NCBI GenBank assembly: GCA_020628915.1 | Contig: JAHDEI010000002.1 | Span: forward strand, 7,153 to 71,152 | Length of the DNA stretch: 64,000 nucleotides | Direction: 5' to 3' | Source of the DNA: Minisyncoccota bacterium | GTDB taxonomy: Bacteria; Patescibacteriota; Minisyncoccia; Phycocordibacterales; GCA-2747955 | Shown here: positions 49,176-59,739 of the stretch, one piece after another | Layout of the letters: each line of letters begins with the position of its first letter | How positions within the stretch are numbered: the first letter of the stretch is position 1 | Position numbers and translations under genes: made by a program | The notes under the pieces: generated by a model | The model's database searches: none | Seen by the model: the letters and a program-made list of their open reading frames with translations, nothing else | Told to the model about the DNA's origin: nothing

Positions 49176-49989
49176 ATTCTTTTGCAGTCAAAAATGCCTC
49201 GACCCCAACCGGCAGATCGTCACGCGGAAATAACACGTAAGAGTCTTCACGAGCCCTAACCACAGAATCACCGTCGGTACATATAATCTCTCCCTTAACT
49301 AAAGGGTCAAATGTCTTTAGCTCTCTTGTAAACCGCAAGTCTGGGTTTTGTTTCTTATAAATACCACTCACTTGCAAAATCTTTTGCTCAGATCCGTCTT
49401 CGTCTGCAATTAATTCATTGATTAATCTAAAGTGATTTAAGAACTGATATGCTGTTTTTATACCCAATGGTACAAACTTTTCTGGATCTTCAATTGCACC
49501 AAGTTCAACACAAATTCCGATCTTACCTTGATTAAACATGTACCCGTCACTCCCACCTTTTTCATATTGATCTATCCCTGTTAAAACAATCGGTACGTCA
49601 AAGTTACTAACTATCTCAATGCAATCTTTCTCACATATAGCAAAAGGAGTGCTCTCGCCATATGGCTCGTTGTACGAGTGTAAATCTAACAATGCATCAC
49701 ATGTATCTAACAATTCCATTAACTCAACCGCCCTCTTCTCCTCATACGTCTCACCCTGGCTTGAGGTAGACAAAAAGCATCTATTTAAATTTTTTTCGGT
49801 ATACCGCACCCCCTGCTTGATTGCACGAGGATTTGCGTAAACCAAATACACTATTCCGCGCGTAACGACCAGATTATTAATCAAATAATCCAGAGTCATA
49901 ATTCCAGCTCGCTCATTGCCGTGCACTCCCGCAAAGATTGCAACCGTTGGGCCAGATTTCTTGCCCTGTAACATAATTACCTTATCCAT
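49174..49989 (-). CDS. succinylglutamate desuccinylase/aspartoacylase (AstE/AspA) family zinc hydrolase
   Basis: 'AIFAGVHGNERAG' and later 'LDLHS' Zn-ligand context typical of the family. Confidence 0.7.
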   Translation of the reverse strand: MDKVIMLQGKKSGPTVAIFAGVHGNERAGIMTLDYLINNLVVTRGIVYLVYANPRAIKQGVRYTEKNLNRCFLSTSSQGETYEEKRAVELMELLDTCDALLDLHSYNEPYGESTPFAICEKDCIEIVSNFDVPIVLTGIDQYEKGGSDGYMFNQGKIGICVELGAIEDPEKFVPLGIKTAYQFLNHFRLINELIADEDGSEQKILQVSGIYKKQNPDLRFTRELKTFDPLVKGEIICTDGDSVVRAREDSYVLFPRDDLPVGVEAFLTAKE

Positions 49990-50168
49990 ACTGTTTTCTT
50001 AATTAATAAAACAGCTCCCAAGAGAGCTGTTTTTGAAATTCATAAATAGTTTAAGTAAACACCAAAAACAACCCTCTACGCAGAGCTTCTTTCTCGCCAC
50101 ACATGATTTGTTTTGGTGAAAATCATATCTTGATAATACCGCATGTATGAGCAAAAACAAACGCGCCC

Positions 50169-50190
50169 TTCCGGGCGCGTTATTTTTTAT
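50169..50190 (-). terminator. terminator hairpin copy 2 (downstream of ftsH)
   Basis: Same hairpin as 49154-49175 followed by T-run on minus strand. Confidence 0.7.
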
Positions 50191-52157
50191 TTCTTTACTA
50201 CTTTTTTCTTTGTTGTAGTTTTTGCTGTCGTCTTCTTCGAGAGCTCTGAGTATCCTTTTGGTTTCAACATCGCACGATTCTTAAGAGGAACTTTGTATTC
50301 CCTCAGAATATCTTCGTACTCATCTCGTTCTAATGTCTCTACTTCTAAAAGATGGTTTGAAATTCCATGCAAAGCTTTTTCATATTTCTTAAGCGTTTTC
50401 CTAGTTAAATCAAACGCCTCTTTCATGATCCGGGCAACTTCTTCGTCTACTAGTTTTTGTGTGGCACCTGATAGTTTCGTTCCATCCATTCCTCCACCTG
50501 AGACAACTGCTCGACCTTCTAGTGCAAGCACTCCTACTTTTTCTGACATACCGTATTTCACCACCATGTCACGTGCAATCCCTGTAGCAACCTGCAGGTC
50601 ATTCGATGGACCAGTTGATACATCGCCAAAAATTGTCTCTTCTGTAACATATCCACCCAGTGCAACTGCAATTTCTGCCAAGAAATCCTTTTTGGTTCTC
50701 ATTTTTCTGTCTTCGTCAGGAATAGACAGTGTGTACCCTGCAGCACGACCACGAGAAACGACAGTGACTTTGTGAATCGGATTTGCATGCTCGAGTACTG
50801 ACCCCATCAATGCATGTCCCACTTCGTGGTATGCAGTTACCCTTTTTTCTTCCTCTGAAAGAATATGAGATTTTCTTTCTGGCCCTAGCATTACTTTTTC
50901 GATAGATCGAATCAAATCGTATTGAGAAACCTTTTTGCGTTCTTCCCTAGCTGCCAAAATAGCACCCTCATTCATTAGTGAATACAGATCAGCACCTGAG
51001 AAACCTGGTGTTCTCTTTGCAATTACCTCTAGGTCTACATCTTCGGTTAGAGGCTTTTTGCGTGCGTGAATTTCCAAAATAGCTTTCCTATCGTGTACGT
51101 CTGGTAAATCAATAACTGTACGGCGATCAAATCGTCCTGGTCGCAACAGTGCTGGATCCAAGATTTCTGGCCTGTTTGTCGCAGCCATTACGATCACCTT
51201 TTCTGTCTTATCAAAACCGTCCATTTCAACAAGAATTTGGTTCAATGTTTGTTCCCGCTCATCGTTTCCTCCGCCTGTACCCCCACCTCTGGTTCGTCCA
51301 ATCGCGTCAATCTCATCAATAAAAATAATTGCTGGCGATTCTTTCTTCGCGTTTTTAAATAGGTCACGTACACGTGATGCACCAACCCCAACAAACATCT
51401 CAACAAATTCTGAACCAGATACTGAGAAAAATGGGACTTTCGCTTCCCCTGCTACTGCCCGAGCAAGCAATGTCTTACCCGTTCCTGGTGCTCCCATCAT
51501 CAAAACACCCTTTGGAATTTCTGCTCCAATATCGTGAAATTTCTTTGGATTCTTGAGGAAGTCTACAATTTCTGTCAGCTCTTCTTTTGCCTCTTTTGCT
51601 CCTGCTACATCCTTGAATGTAATACGATTTTTAGAATCTTTTGGATCAATGAATTTAGCTCGTGATTGACCAAACGTAAATGCCTGCATCGCTCCTCCGC
51701 CACCAGCACCTTTTGAAGTCCGCATAAAGAACCAGAAAATCATTCCTAAAAGTAAGAGTGGAAATAGAAATGGCATGAATCGCTCAAGGAACAGCACAAA
51801 ACCAGATGGATCGACCACCTTGATGTTTACTCCAGCGAGTGCCTCTTCGTTAACTCCCAAATTTTTGAGAGATTCAGACAAAGATGATTCTGACTCTTTC
51901 TTTGCTTCTCGCGTTTCTCCGCTTGTATAAGTAATATTTAATTTTTCTCGCTCAACATCAATCCCTGATACTGCGCCTACATTAATAGATTTTGCTACTT
52001 CAGAAAGCGCAACTTTCTCATCTTGCTGGTTTTCTGAAACAATAGAAAATAGCATGATAATTACTGCAAAAAATAGCAGTACTGTCATCACTTGTGAAAA
52101 TAACTGTTTTTTAATGTCTTCTGGTTTCTTAACTGGTTTCTTTTTTTGTTGTGCCAT
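50187..52157 (-). CDS. ftsH: ATP-dependent zinc metalloprotease FtsH
   Basis: Walker A '[18 protein letters not shown]', SRH region, 'HEVGHAL' zinc motif; 656 aa. Confidence 0.96.
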   Translation of the reverse strand: MAQQKKKPVKKPEDIKKQLFSQVMTVLLFFAVIIMLFSIVSENQQDEKVALSEVAKSINVGAVSGIDVEREKLNITYTSGETREAKKESESSLSESLKNLGVNEEALAGVNIKVVDPSGFVLFLERFMPFLFPLLLLGMIFWFFMRTSKGAGGGGAMQAFTFGQSRAKFIDPKDSKNRITFKDVAGAKEAKEELTEIVDFLKNPKKFHDIGAEIPKGVLMMGAPGTGKTLLARAVAGEAKVPFFSVSGSEFVEMFVGVGASRVRDLFKNAKKESPAIIFIDEIDAIGRTRGGGTGGGNDEREQTLNQILVEMDGFDKTEKVIVMAATNRPEILDPALLRPGRFDRRTVIDLPDVHDRKAILEIHARKKPLTEDVDLEVIAKRTPGFSGADLYSLMNEGAILAAREERKKVSQYDLIRSIEKVMLGPERKSHILSEEEKRVTAYHEVGHALMGSVLEHANPIHKVTVVSRGRAAGYTLSIPDEDRKMRTKKDFLAEIAVALGGYVTEETIFGDVSTGPSNDLQVATGIARDMVVKYGMSEKVGVLALEGRAVVSGGGMDGTKLSGATQKLVDEEVARIMKEAFDLTRKTLKKYEKALHGISNHLLEVETLERDEYEDILREYKVPLKNRAMLKPKGYSELSKKTTAKTTTKKKVVKK

Positions 52158-52226
52158 AGTTTTTTATTTGAATCGCTATTATAGCAAATATAAAAAAGCG
52201 AACCGAATCGGTTCGCTTTTGTCGCA

Positions 52227-52763
52227 TCATGCAACAGCTAATTGGTCCAGAACATGTGGTTTGCAAATCTCCCAAATGTCTCTGAATATCTTGATGAGCT
52301 TCATCACACCAAGATTCAAAGCATACATGCAGCTTTGCATCCCCATGTTGCCCCGTTTTTTATACAAAGCAGCACGTTCGCTAAAAATGGTGTAAAAATG
52401 CTCGAAGAGTGCGACGTGTGAATCATAGCGCAGCTTTGCAGTCATCTCTCCAGCTGCGCGCATGTCAGTGTATGTATCCAATGCTGTATTGGCCGGAAAG
52501 ACAATTTCTCGATTGAGTCCGTCTTGTCTGGTTTGAGCATATTCAAAGCTGTGGACCAGAACCCCTACCTCTTCTGCCGCCTGATCAAGAAGGTCAGAAA
52601 GTTGCTCGTACCCTCGATCATTGTCTGCGTCAGCATCAGCTGCTAGTTGCGCAGCGAGGCCTTCACAATATTGTTGCAACGATTCGTATGAGAGGCTGAC
52701 TATGTCTTCAGCCATTTCGGTCACCGAACCATAATATGCAAGAGTCGTCTTATATATTTTCAC
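52227..52763 (-). CDS. hypothetical protein, paralog A
   Basis: 178 aa; shares 'LRYD..(A/V)L..F..(F/Y)Y' segment and N-terminal pattern with 52766..53263. Confidence 0.5.
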   Translation of the reverse strand: MKIYKTTLAYYGSVTEMAEDIVSLSYESLQQYCEGLAAQLAADADADNDRGYEQLSDLLDQAAEEVGVLVHSFEYAQTRQDGLNREIVFPANTALDTYTDMRAAGEMTAKLRYDSHVALFEHFYTIFSERAALYKKRGNMGMQSCMYALNLGVMKLIKIFRDIWEICKPHVLDQLAVA

Positions 52764-52765
52764 GA

Positions 52766-53263
52766 CTATGCAGCCATTTTTATATAATAAGGTTCACAGA
52801 TTGTGTTTATCTTATGAACATCATTAGTGATATGCTGCAGGGCAATATCGACGTCTGCCGCTGGCTGCTTGTACTGCACGTTGGTTTTCAACCTAGTAGC
52901 CAAAGCTAGCTGGTAATAACCAAAGAATGCCAGAAGTGCATCGTAGCGCAAATTGCCAACATCTCGTGATAGCGGCCCCATGCCTGGATGGTATTCTCTC
53001 AAGCGCTTGAGCCCATCATTATTTTTTTGAGCCAGTGCAACTAGTGGTTTTGCCAACGCAGGAACCTTTGTTCCTCCAAGTCTCTGCAAGAAATTTGCGA
53101 GGCGAACCCTGCCTTGGTCTCTGTCGGTTAGAGAGTCATTATGGAACTTATTTGCCAGTAGCTCAATAAATCGAACCTGACGTTTGAAAGTCATATTCGC
53201 CATATCGTCCGCAAATTGCTTTACGTCAGAATATGTTCCGACTGTTAGTGGATGTGTGGCCAT
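52766..53263 (-). CDS. hypothetical protein, paralog B
   Basis: 165 aa; tandem paralog of preceding gene. Confidence 0.5.
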   Translation of the reverse strand: MATHPLTVGTYSDVKQFADDMANMTFKRQVRFIELLANKFHNDSLTDRDQGRVRLANFLQRLGGTKVPALAKPLVALAQKNNDGLKRLREYHPGMGPLSRDVGNLRYDALLAFFGYYQLALATRLKTNVQYKQPAADVDIALQHITNDVHKINTICEPYYIKMAA

Positions 53264-53350
53264 GTGTGCCTCCTTTGTAAATATCCTAACAAAAGAATAC
53301 CATTTTTTTACATTATGTAAAGAGCACCAACATATTGTTGGTGCTTTGTA

Positions 53351-53746
53351 TTATTTTTTCTTTGTTTGTTTTTCTCCACCGAGAACATTTCCAATCAGGC
53401 TAGCAAGTGCAGAAACACCCGACTGACCAAGGCTCAGTAGCCCGCCGATATTTTGTAGCGCATAGCCCAACATCCAACGCTTAGTTCCTTTCTTGCTTGT
53501 GGCGGTCAGGATAGTACCAAAATTGGTGAAATGAGAAACGAGCTTATCAACCGACAAAGTACTCAGTGTCTTGAAAAAGTCAGCAACTGACCCTGAACCT
53601 TCCTCGCCTGATTTTATTCCAGGGAAATTTTCCTGAATTAAATCGGAACACACATTACAAAAGTTTGCATTTTCGAAAACAGTGATATGTGTACGCCCCT
53701 CCGTCCCTGCTGATTGACTACATAGTGAACAACAGACTTGTGTCAT
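53351..53746 (-). CDS. hypothetical Cys4 zinc-ribbon-like / glycine-zipper protein
   Basis: N-terminal 'CCSLCSQ...CNVC'; C-terminal 'WMLGYALQNIGGLLSLGQSGVSALASLIGNVLGG' amphipathic Gly-zipper. Confidence 0.45.
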   Translation of the reverse strand: MTQVCCSLCSQSAGTEGRTHITVFENANFCNVCSDLIQENFPGIKSGEEGSGSVADFFKTLSTLSVDKLVSHFTNFGTILTATSKKGTKRWMLGYALQNIGGLLSLGQSGVSALASLIGNVLGGEKQTKKK

Positions 53747-53790
53747 TGCTAATCTCCTTCTTTGCTATAATGACTGCAACGGATTATATC

Positions 53791-54258
53791 ATGTCTATAC
53801 TGATTTCAAACAAAAAAGTCAAGAAAGACTTTGGAATATTCGAGACATTCACTGGCGGCTTAGCTCTGACGGGCCAAGAAGTCAAATCTCTCAAGAACAA
53901 CCAAGGGACGCTCAATGGTGCTTTTTTAATACTGCGTGATAATCACAAACAGAATCCTGAATTATGGATCAAGCACTTCTCCATCCCGCCCTACCAGGTC
54001 AAAAACACAGGTGGTGGTTACGACCCTGAACGATTGCGAAAAGTTCTTGTTTCTAAGAAAGAAATAAATCAGATCCAGAAAGAGCTCAACAATAAAGGGA
54101 CCACTATCATTCCCCTGGCGGTTCACAATGCACGAAATCTCATCAAACTAGAATTTGGTCTTGCCCGAGGTAAGAAAAAATTTGATAAACGAGAAGATCT
54201 TAAAAAACGAGCGCAAAAAAGAGATTCTGAACGCGAAACAAAAGCATCTTTTAAATAA
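53791..54258 (+). CDS. smpB: SsrA-binding protein SmpB
   Basis: 'FETFTGGLALTGQEVKSL', 'TTIIPLAVHNARNLIKLEFGLARGKKKFDKRE'; start at MSILISNKK. Confidence 0.9.
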   Translation: MSILISNKKVKKDFGIFETFTGGLALTGQEVKSLKNNQGTLNGAFLILRDNHKQNPELWIKHFSIPPYQVKNTGGGYDPERLRKVLVSKKEINQIQKELNNKGTTIIPLAVHNARNLIKLEFGLARGKKKFDKREDLKKRAQKRDSERETKASFK

Positions 54259-54288
54259 CATGAAAAGAAACATCTGTAAGTACAATGT

Positions 54289-54317
54289 TTGACAAATATG
54301 TAAAAATAAACTATAAT
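54289..54317 (+). promoter_or_regulatory. sigma70-type promoter TTGACA-17-TATAAT
   Basis: Perfect consensus; SD GAGAGGGAA upstream of the CDS at 54356. Confidence 0.6.
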
Positions 54318-54355
54318 ATATAGAGACTATATTCACTTTTAGAGAGGGAATTGTA

Positions 54356-54910
54356 ATGAATATTTTTGAACCTTATAACTCGTCAATTGAATCTCCCCTC
54401 CCGGAAATTCGCCGAATCGCGTTTCGAACATTTAGTACCGCAATGTATGATCAGAAAATTTCAAGATCAGAGAAAAAGCAGGCGGAACAAACGACGGCAA
54501 CCCTACTGTATGAATACATTGCCAATCATCAAATCATCACGGGCAAAAAGTCTGAATACGCCGGATACATCTATTGTTATCTGGTCGCACGCCCTCAATC
54601 TCTTTTTGACGTCTTAATTGGTCGACTGAAAGGTCGCGTTGCGTTTCCAACACCAACAAAGGCGCTTTTGCTTGGTATTGCCAACGCTGAAGACATGGGA
54701 TGGAACCATCAGGAAATTGATGAAGAAATCAATGACCACTTTACATTTTTAGTAAACGATGTTCTGACCAATGCCATGAAGCAAATCGAGCCCGACCGGC
54801 TCGAGACGATAAAAAAGCAATACGAAGAAAAACAGCGACAATACGAAGAGGAGGCTCTGCGAGAAGCAGAGTGGCAATACGAAGACATGCGGTACGAATT
54901 CGAATCTTGA
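54356..54910 (+). CDS. hypothetical protein
   Basis: 184 aa; acidic helical C-terminus; terminator 54920-54948. Confidence 0.5.
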   Translation: MNIFEPYNSSIESPLPEIRRIAFRTFSTAMYDQKISRSEKKQAEQTTATLLYEYIANHQIITGKKSEYAGYIYCYLVARPQSLFDVLIGRLKGRVAFPTPTKALLLGIANAEDMGWNHQEIDEEINDHFTFLVNDVLTNAMKQIEPDRLETIKKQYEEKQRQYEEEALREAEWQYEDMRYEFES

Positions 54911-55003
54911 TGAGATCTATCACCCGACCACTGTCGGGTGATTTTTTATGTTCAAAACTCAGAAAAGTACCTGGGTGATATAATAAAATACTCCCTAGAC
55001 TGT

Positions 55004-55468
55004 ATGAAAAGTAAAATAGACAGTGAAAAAATTTTATCAAACAGCAAGACCAGTTGGTTGCTGGTTTTGGCGATTTTCATAACAACACTTGCCTACTTTG
55101 GCTTGACTTCAATCAAGCAAATCCCTGAGCAGACCAAGCAGCTGACCTATGAAACACGGGCCGTTAATATTGATGGTCGAACTCTGAACCTTATAGTCTC
55201 TGACACGCACGAAAAAAGGGTGCTAGGTTTGTCTGGCAGATCTAGCCTTGATGGTGCCGATGGTATGCTCTTTGTGTTTGACTCCCCTGACCTGCATGGC
55301 ATCTGGATGAAAGACATGATAATGACCATAGATATATTTTGGTATGACGACCGGTGGAATAAGGTTCACGAAATCCTCTCTGCGAGCCCAGAGAGTTACC
55401 CAGAAGTCTTCAAGCCCGAAACTCCAGCTTTCTACGTCGTAGAAATCCCAACCAAAAAACTCCCGTAG
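55004..55468 (+). CDS. DUF192 family protein (secreted/membrane-anchored)
   Basis: 'LNLIVSDTHEKRVLGLSGRSSLDGADGMLFVFDSPDLHGIWMKDMIMTIDIFWYD' matches the DUF192/COG1430 pattern; start at MKSKIDSEK. Confidence 0.65.
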   Translation: MKSKIDSEKILSNSKTSWLLVLAIFITTLAYFGLTSIKQIPEQTKQLTYETRAVNIDGRTLNLIVSDTHEKRVLGLSGRSSLDGADGMLFVFDSPDLHGIWMKDMIMTIDIFWYDDRWNKVHEILSASPESYPEVFKPETPAFYVVEIPTKKLP

Positions 55469-55478
55469 GGAGTTTTTG

Positions 55479-56600
55479 CTAACGAATCGAGGTATAACCA
55501 TTTGTGAGCCCTTCCTTACTCAGAACCAACTGCCATAAAGAAATTCTACGAGCTCGGAACAAAGCAGAACAAACCAAGAGATAATATGTCCACATTCTGT
55601 AAAACCGGTCACTGTAATCTTTTTTTAATTTAGGCCATGCTTTTTCGAAATTGTTGTACCACGCAGTGAGAGTTTTGTCATAATCTGGGCCAAAATTATG
55701 CCAATCTTCCATAACAAATAGTCCGCTCATTGCTGTTCCAACTTGTTCTACAGATGGAATTAATCCGTTTGGGAAAATATATTTATCAATCCATGGATCC
55801 CCTGCTTTGGCACTCTCGTCACGTCCAATGGTGTGCAACAAGAAAAGACCATCATCTTTGAGCAACTCTTTTACTTTTTCAAAATACACTCGATAATTTT
55901 TGTATCCCACATGCTCGAACATCCCAATGGAAACAATATGGTCAAACCCTTCTTTATCTTGATAATTTCGATAGTCTTCAACTACAAATTCAACTGGTAA
56001 ACCTTCACATCGCTTGGCACCAAGCTTTGCTTGTTCCACAGAAACAGTGAGTCCTACACATATTGCACCATATTTTTCGGCTGCAAATTTCATAAAACTA
56101 CCCCATCCACACCCAATATCCAAAACACGATCTCCTTCTTTCAGACCAATCTTTTTACAAACTAAATCTAACTTCGCCTCCTGTGCCGCATCTAGATCTT
56201 GTGCGTCTTTCCAGTATGCACAGGTATACACCATACGGCTGTCTAACATTTTCTCGTACAGTGCGTTGCCAATATCATAGTGCTCTTGCCCTACCTGAAA
56301 TGATCTTTTTTTACTCTGCAGGTTAACCAGCTTTGCTTTAGTAACGTGCCCTACTAGAGAGAGTGGGTTAATTTGCTCGTCTATATTTGCTCGTACCACC
56401 TTGGTTACCACAGCTGCTAGGTCATCTGCATCCCACCATCCATCCATGTAACTTTCGCCCAAAGCCAAAGAACCACCAGCCAAAATTCGTGAGAAAAAAT
56501 CATTATTATGAACAATAATGTCTGCAGGCTCAGATTTACTCGTAGAAATAGTAATTCCTGCGATCTTTGCTAATTCCAATACCTTTTCTTGTGCGTTCAT
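55479..56600 (-). CDS. cfa: cyclopropane-fatty-acyl-phospholipid synthase family SAM-dependent methyltransferase
   Basis: 'VLDIGCGWGSFMKFAAEKYGAICVGLTVSVEQ', 'IVSIGMFEHVG'; start at MNAQEK. Confidence 0.85.
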   Translation of the reverse strand: MNAQEKVLELAKIAGITISTSKSEPADIIVHNNDFFSRILAGGSLALGESYMDGWWDADDLAAVVTKVVRANIDEQINPLSLVGHVTKAKLVNLQSKKRSFQVGQEHYDIGNALYEKMLDSRMVYTCAYWKDAQDLDAAQEAKLDLVCKKIGLKEGDRVLDIGCGWGSFMKFAAEKYGAICVGLTVSVEQAKLGAKRCEGLPVEFVVEDYRNYQDKEGFDHIVSIGMFEHVGYKNYRVYFEKVKELLKDDGLFLLHTIGRDESAKAGDPWIDKYIFPNGLIPSVEQVGTAMSGLFVMEDWHNFGPDYDKTLTAWYNNFEKAWPKLKKDYSDRFYRMWTYYLLVCSALFRARRISLWQLVLSKEGLTNGYTSIR

Positions 56601-56641
56601 AGTAATGCATTTTACGCAAACAAGAACACTTTCGCAATGCA

Positions 56642-56670
56642 TTGACCTGATTTCCAAAGCACCCTATAAT
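56642..56670 (+). promoter_or_regulatory. sigma70-type promoter TTGACC-17-TATAAT for ssrA
   Basis: -10 ends 9 nt before the tmRNA 5' GGGG. Confidence 0.6.
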
Positions 56671-56679
56671 GCGGCCATT

Positions 56680-57087
56680 GGGGATGACGGGCTTTGACAA
56701 TTTAGTTTCGAACTTTGTGCAATGCGACTTTTCCAGGTTTCGTAAAAAACTGGGATACCTTTACGTGCAAACGCTAAAGACAACGCGGTGGCTAGCCCAT
56801 ACGCACCTGCATTTGCTTTTGCTTAAGAGTTGAGCCTTTTGGCTCCTCGATGTAGGCGGTTTTCGTGATAGGTGCTAAGACTACACGTTAGCTGTTATCT
56901 TGCTTAGCTAGTGAATATGTGGCTGCTTCATATTCATGAAATCACACGCAGCTGGTTTTTCTAGAGTTTTGATTAATTTATATCTAGGAAAATAAGATGA
57001 TTCCCTAGGGAATCAAAAATTACTCTATCATTGTAGAGTCAATTTCTCGGACTATCTTGGACGGGGGTTCAACTCCCCCCTTCTCCA
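56680..57087 (+). ncRNA. ssrA: tmRNA (SsrA)
   Basis: 5' 'GGGGAUGACGGGCUUUGAC...UUCGAAC', pseudoknot PK1 'CCAGGUUUCGUAAAAAACUGGG'. Tag reading frame GCA AAC GCU ... UAA at 56767-56826 (ANAKDNAVASPYAPAFAFA). 3' 'GGACGGGGGUUCAACUCCCCC-CUUCUCC-A' forms the T-arm and a 7-bp acceptor stem with G3.U wobble and discriminator A; CCA not fully encoded. Confidence 0.85.
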
Positions 57088-58636
57088 CATCAAGGGTGTC
57101 ACTGTCACCTAATCGCTCAAAAAGCCTTAAAATTACAGTCTTTTCAGGGGTTCGATAACCGTTTTCTTTGTCATATCTCAGATTCGCTTCAAAAAAGAAC
57201 GGAAACACCTCATGTTTTTGTTCGAGATTTCCTGTAACCCATAGCTGATAAGGGTTTCTCATCATTTCTAATACTTCATCTAGAGCGTTCCGATAAGGTT
57301 TTTCAAGATCTGGTTTTTTACTCTTCTTTTCCTCAATAAGAGCTAATTTTTGTGCATCCTCCTCCATCCGTAAAGACAATCTATCTTTTACTGCATCAGA
57401 AGTCTTTGGATCAATCAACATATCTTCAATACGCCTTAGACTCTCTTGAATGCTTTCTCCTTGCTTCTCAAGGCTTAAAATGCGTTTGTCTAGGTTCTTA
57501 AACTCATCTTTCCAGTATGTATCAAACATATACTTTATAAGCTCTTCGAACTCTTGTTTTGACTTCAGTGAGCACGTGAACTCTTCAAATCCCTTATGAA
57601 GGTCATCCCTCCTAATACTCTTGTTCTTAAATGGACAATCAGGAGTGTATTTGCACTCGTAGTAGTAATAATAATCCCCATGTCGACCTTTCGATTTATA
57701 CCCCGTTAACTTGCGTCCACAATGAGAACAATTCACCAAACCTCGTAAGGGAAAATCTGGATTAAGATCCATTCGTGAATAACGGGTATTTGACTCCTTG
57801 TTTAGTCGCTTTTGAATAGCCTCAAAAGTTTCCAAGCCAATAAGTGGTTCATGTTTTCCTTTTACCATCTTCACTTCCCATTTTGGATAATCAATATATC
57901 CTGCGTAAAACACATTAGTAAGCATCGCCTTGATGGTTTTCAAATATTTCTCAGACTTATGTCGAGGTAATTTCCCTTTTTGTGGGAAAAAATCTTTTGA
58001 CAACAGAAAATCTACCACATCCACCTGCTTTGCAAACCTTCGTGAAGCAAAACCTTCCAAAGCTTCCTTAATACTCTTTGCATCTTTGTTTGGGTGACAT
58101 AGCTTCCCATACTCTTCGGTTTTTATCATCTCGTATCCCTTTGGAGCATGAAATGACCACAAACCTCTCTCTAAACGTGCTTTTTGTTTCTGAACCACCT
58201 GTCTTTTATTTTGCTTTCGCTCTAACTCACCTTGAGCAGCAATTATAATCTCAACGAATTCTCCTTCTGGAGTATCTTCAAAGTTAAAGTTGAGACACTG
58301 GACTTCTGTGCTCGTCGATCTAAATTGTTGCCGCAACTTTAAATGAGCAACAGTGTCTCTGGCAAGTCGCTTCAAGTCATCGAAAACGACAACGTAATCT
58401 TCATGAATATTTGTCTCAAGATACTCAATCAACTCTCTCATGGCGGGACGACCCATAAAATCACCGCCTCCAGTAAAACTATCTCTGAATACATCCACCA
58501 CTTGGTAATCCTTCCTTGTGCAGTAATCTCTACATCGTTTTTCTTGTGATTCTAATCCTGATCCTTCCGTTCTTTGCTTGTCAGTTGATACTCGGCAATA
58601 AATCAGTGCTCTTTTTTTTGTTTTAATATTACTCAT
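57020..58636 (-). CDS. large serine recombinase (resolvase domain + recombinase domain + zinc ribbon + coiled coil)
   Basis: 'ALIYCRVSTDKQ' catalytic-Ser motif, 'GYIDYPKWEV', Cys-rich 'CSHCGRKL...YYYYECKYTPDC'; C-terminal ~20 codons overlap the tmRNA 3' end on the opposite strand ('GGVEPP' is the T-arm read backwards). Confidence 0.85.
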   Translation of the reverse strand: MSNIKTKKRALIYCRVSTDKQRTEGSGLESQEKRCRDYCTRKDYQVVDVFRDSFTGGGDFMGRPAMRELIEYLETNIHEDYVVVFDDLKRLARDTVAHLKLRQQFRSTSTEVQCLNFNFEDTPEGEFVEIIIAAQGELERKQNKRQVVQKQKARLERGLWSFHAPKGYEMIKTEEYGKLCHPNKDAKSIKEALEGFASRRFAKQVDVVDFLLSKDFFPQKGKLPRHKSEKYLKTIKAMLTNVFYAGYIDYPKWEVKMVKGKHEPLIGLETFEAIQKRLNKESNTRYSRMDLNPDFPLRGLVNCSHCGRKLTGYKSKGRHGDYYYYYECKYTPDCPFKNKSIRRDDLHKGFEEFTCSLKSKQEFEELIKYMFDTYWKDEFKNLDKRILSLEKQGESIQESLRRIEDMLIDPKTSDAVKDRLSLRMEEDAQKLALIEEKKSKKPDLEKPYRNALDEVLEMMRNPYQLWVTGNLEQKHEVFPFFFEANLRYDKENGYRTPEKTVILRLFERLGDSDTLDVEKGGVEPPSKIVREIDSTMIE

Positions 58637-58959
58637 AGTTAATTTTATCCATCAAATATTTGATTCTTTGCAGGAACTCCTGAAACTCTATGCTTTCCAT
58701 ATCTCTTTTTATTTGTTTAATTTTGATAAACATCAAATTCTGCAGTGCTCTCATGAAATCTATTATGAACACGAGTATAGACGAAATTAGCAAGGAAAAG
58801 CAGCTCTTCTTCTCGAATATCTACACCCATTCTCTCTGCCCTCATCTGAAAGTCTTTTAATGTCTTCTCGTTCATCTCGCTTAATTTGATAAACAAACTA
58901 TTTAGTTTGCTCTCTAATTAAACTAAGATACGAGTATTAAATAAGGTTCAAATTAAACA

Positions 58960-59718
58960 CTATTTGATTTGTACCTTTTTGTTTATTTGCCTTTGGAGTT
59001 TCCTTGTCCTCTTAATTATTTGCCGCACATTCTCTGTTCCCATATCTACCCTGTACCTCTCCTTAAACACTCGTGCAGTAGCCTGTTCAATATAGATGTC
59101 AATATCTTCCTTGAACCCTTCTTTATCTTGTAACACCTCATCGTGAGTCTTTAAGAGATACCTATCACGCTGTAAATTCTTCTTTGGAGCTTTTTTTCTA
59201 TTGGTAAGTTTGATTATATTTTTTCCGTAATCAGTATACTCCTGGAGCGTAACCCCTTGTTTGAGGTAGACATGAATGTCTCCACCATCTTTTACCTGAT
59301 GAGATATAAACGAATCGAGCCGCTCTGGGACTTCTAAGATAAGTCCCTCCGTCAGAAAAAAGTAGATGCCTGCTCCAAATTTCAAGAAGAACGTTTGTAT
59401 GTACTCTCGAAAACTAGATATCTGTTCTCCTGAATACTCATGAACAAAATATTCACTTTGAAAAACTTCATCTGCCAATGTTTGAAGGACACCAATCGAT
59501 GCTGTCTCGAGCTCTATTTTGTCACCACTCTTCTTAATTAAACGAGCACATTCAAAGAAAAAGTCCTCCAGCGCTTCTTCTAAGCCATCTTTATATAGTA
59601 AGAGGCTTACAATTTCTGCCTTCTCGTGATCTCCTTCCTCAGCATAGGCATTCAAACTCTTCCTTAAGTAACCACGAAAATGTCTTTTATTTACTTGAAC
59701 GGGCTTAGTATTACTCAT
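58960..59718 (-). CDS. hypothetical protein (element cargo)
   Basis: 252-aa ORF. Confidence 0.5.
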   Translation of the reverse strand: MSNTKPVQVNKRHFRGYLRKSLNAYAEEGDHEKAEIVSLLLYKDGLEEALEDFFFECARLIKKSGDKIELETASIGVLQTLADEVFQSEYFVHEYSGEQISSFREYIQTFFLKFGAGIYFFLTEGLILEVPERLDSFISHQVKDGGDIHVYLKQGVTLQEYTDYGKNIIKLTNRKKAPKKNLQRDRYLLKTHDEVLQDKEGFKEDIDIYIEQATARVFKERYRVDMGTENVRQIIKRTRKLQRQINKKVQIK

Positions 59719-59739
59719 GTGTAAAGAATAGCACGTGAA

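Noticed and set aside
57061-57090. Initial impression that the tmRNA 3' acceptor strand did not pair with 5' GGGGAUG (suggesting a disrupted/hybrid tmRNA)
   Set aside because: There are six C's after the T-loop. Parsing CCCCC as the T-stem and CUUCUCC as the acceptor strand gives 6/7 pairs, including the G3.U wobble, and discriminator A, so the gene is intact.
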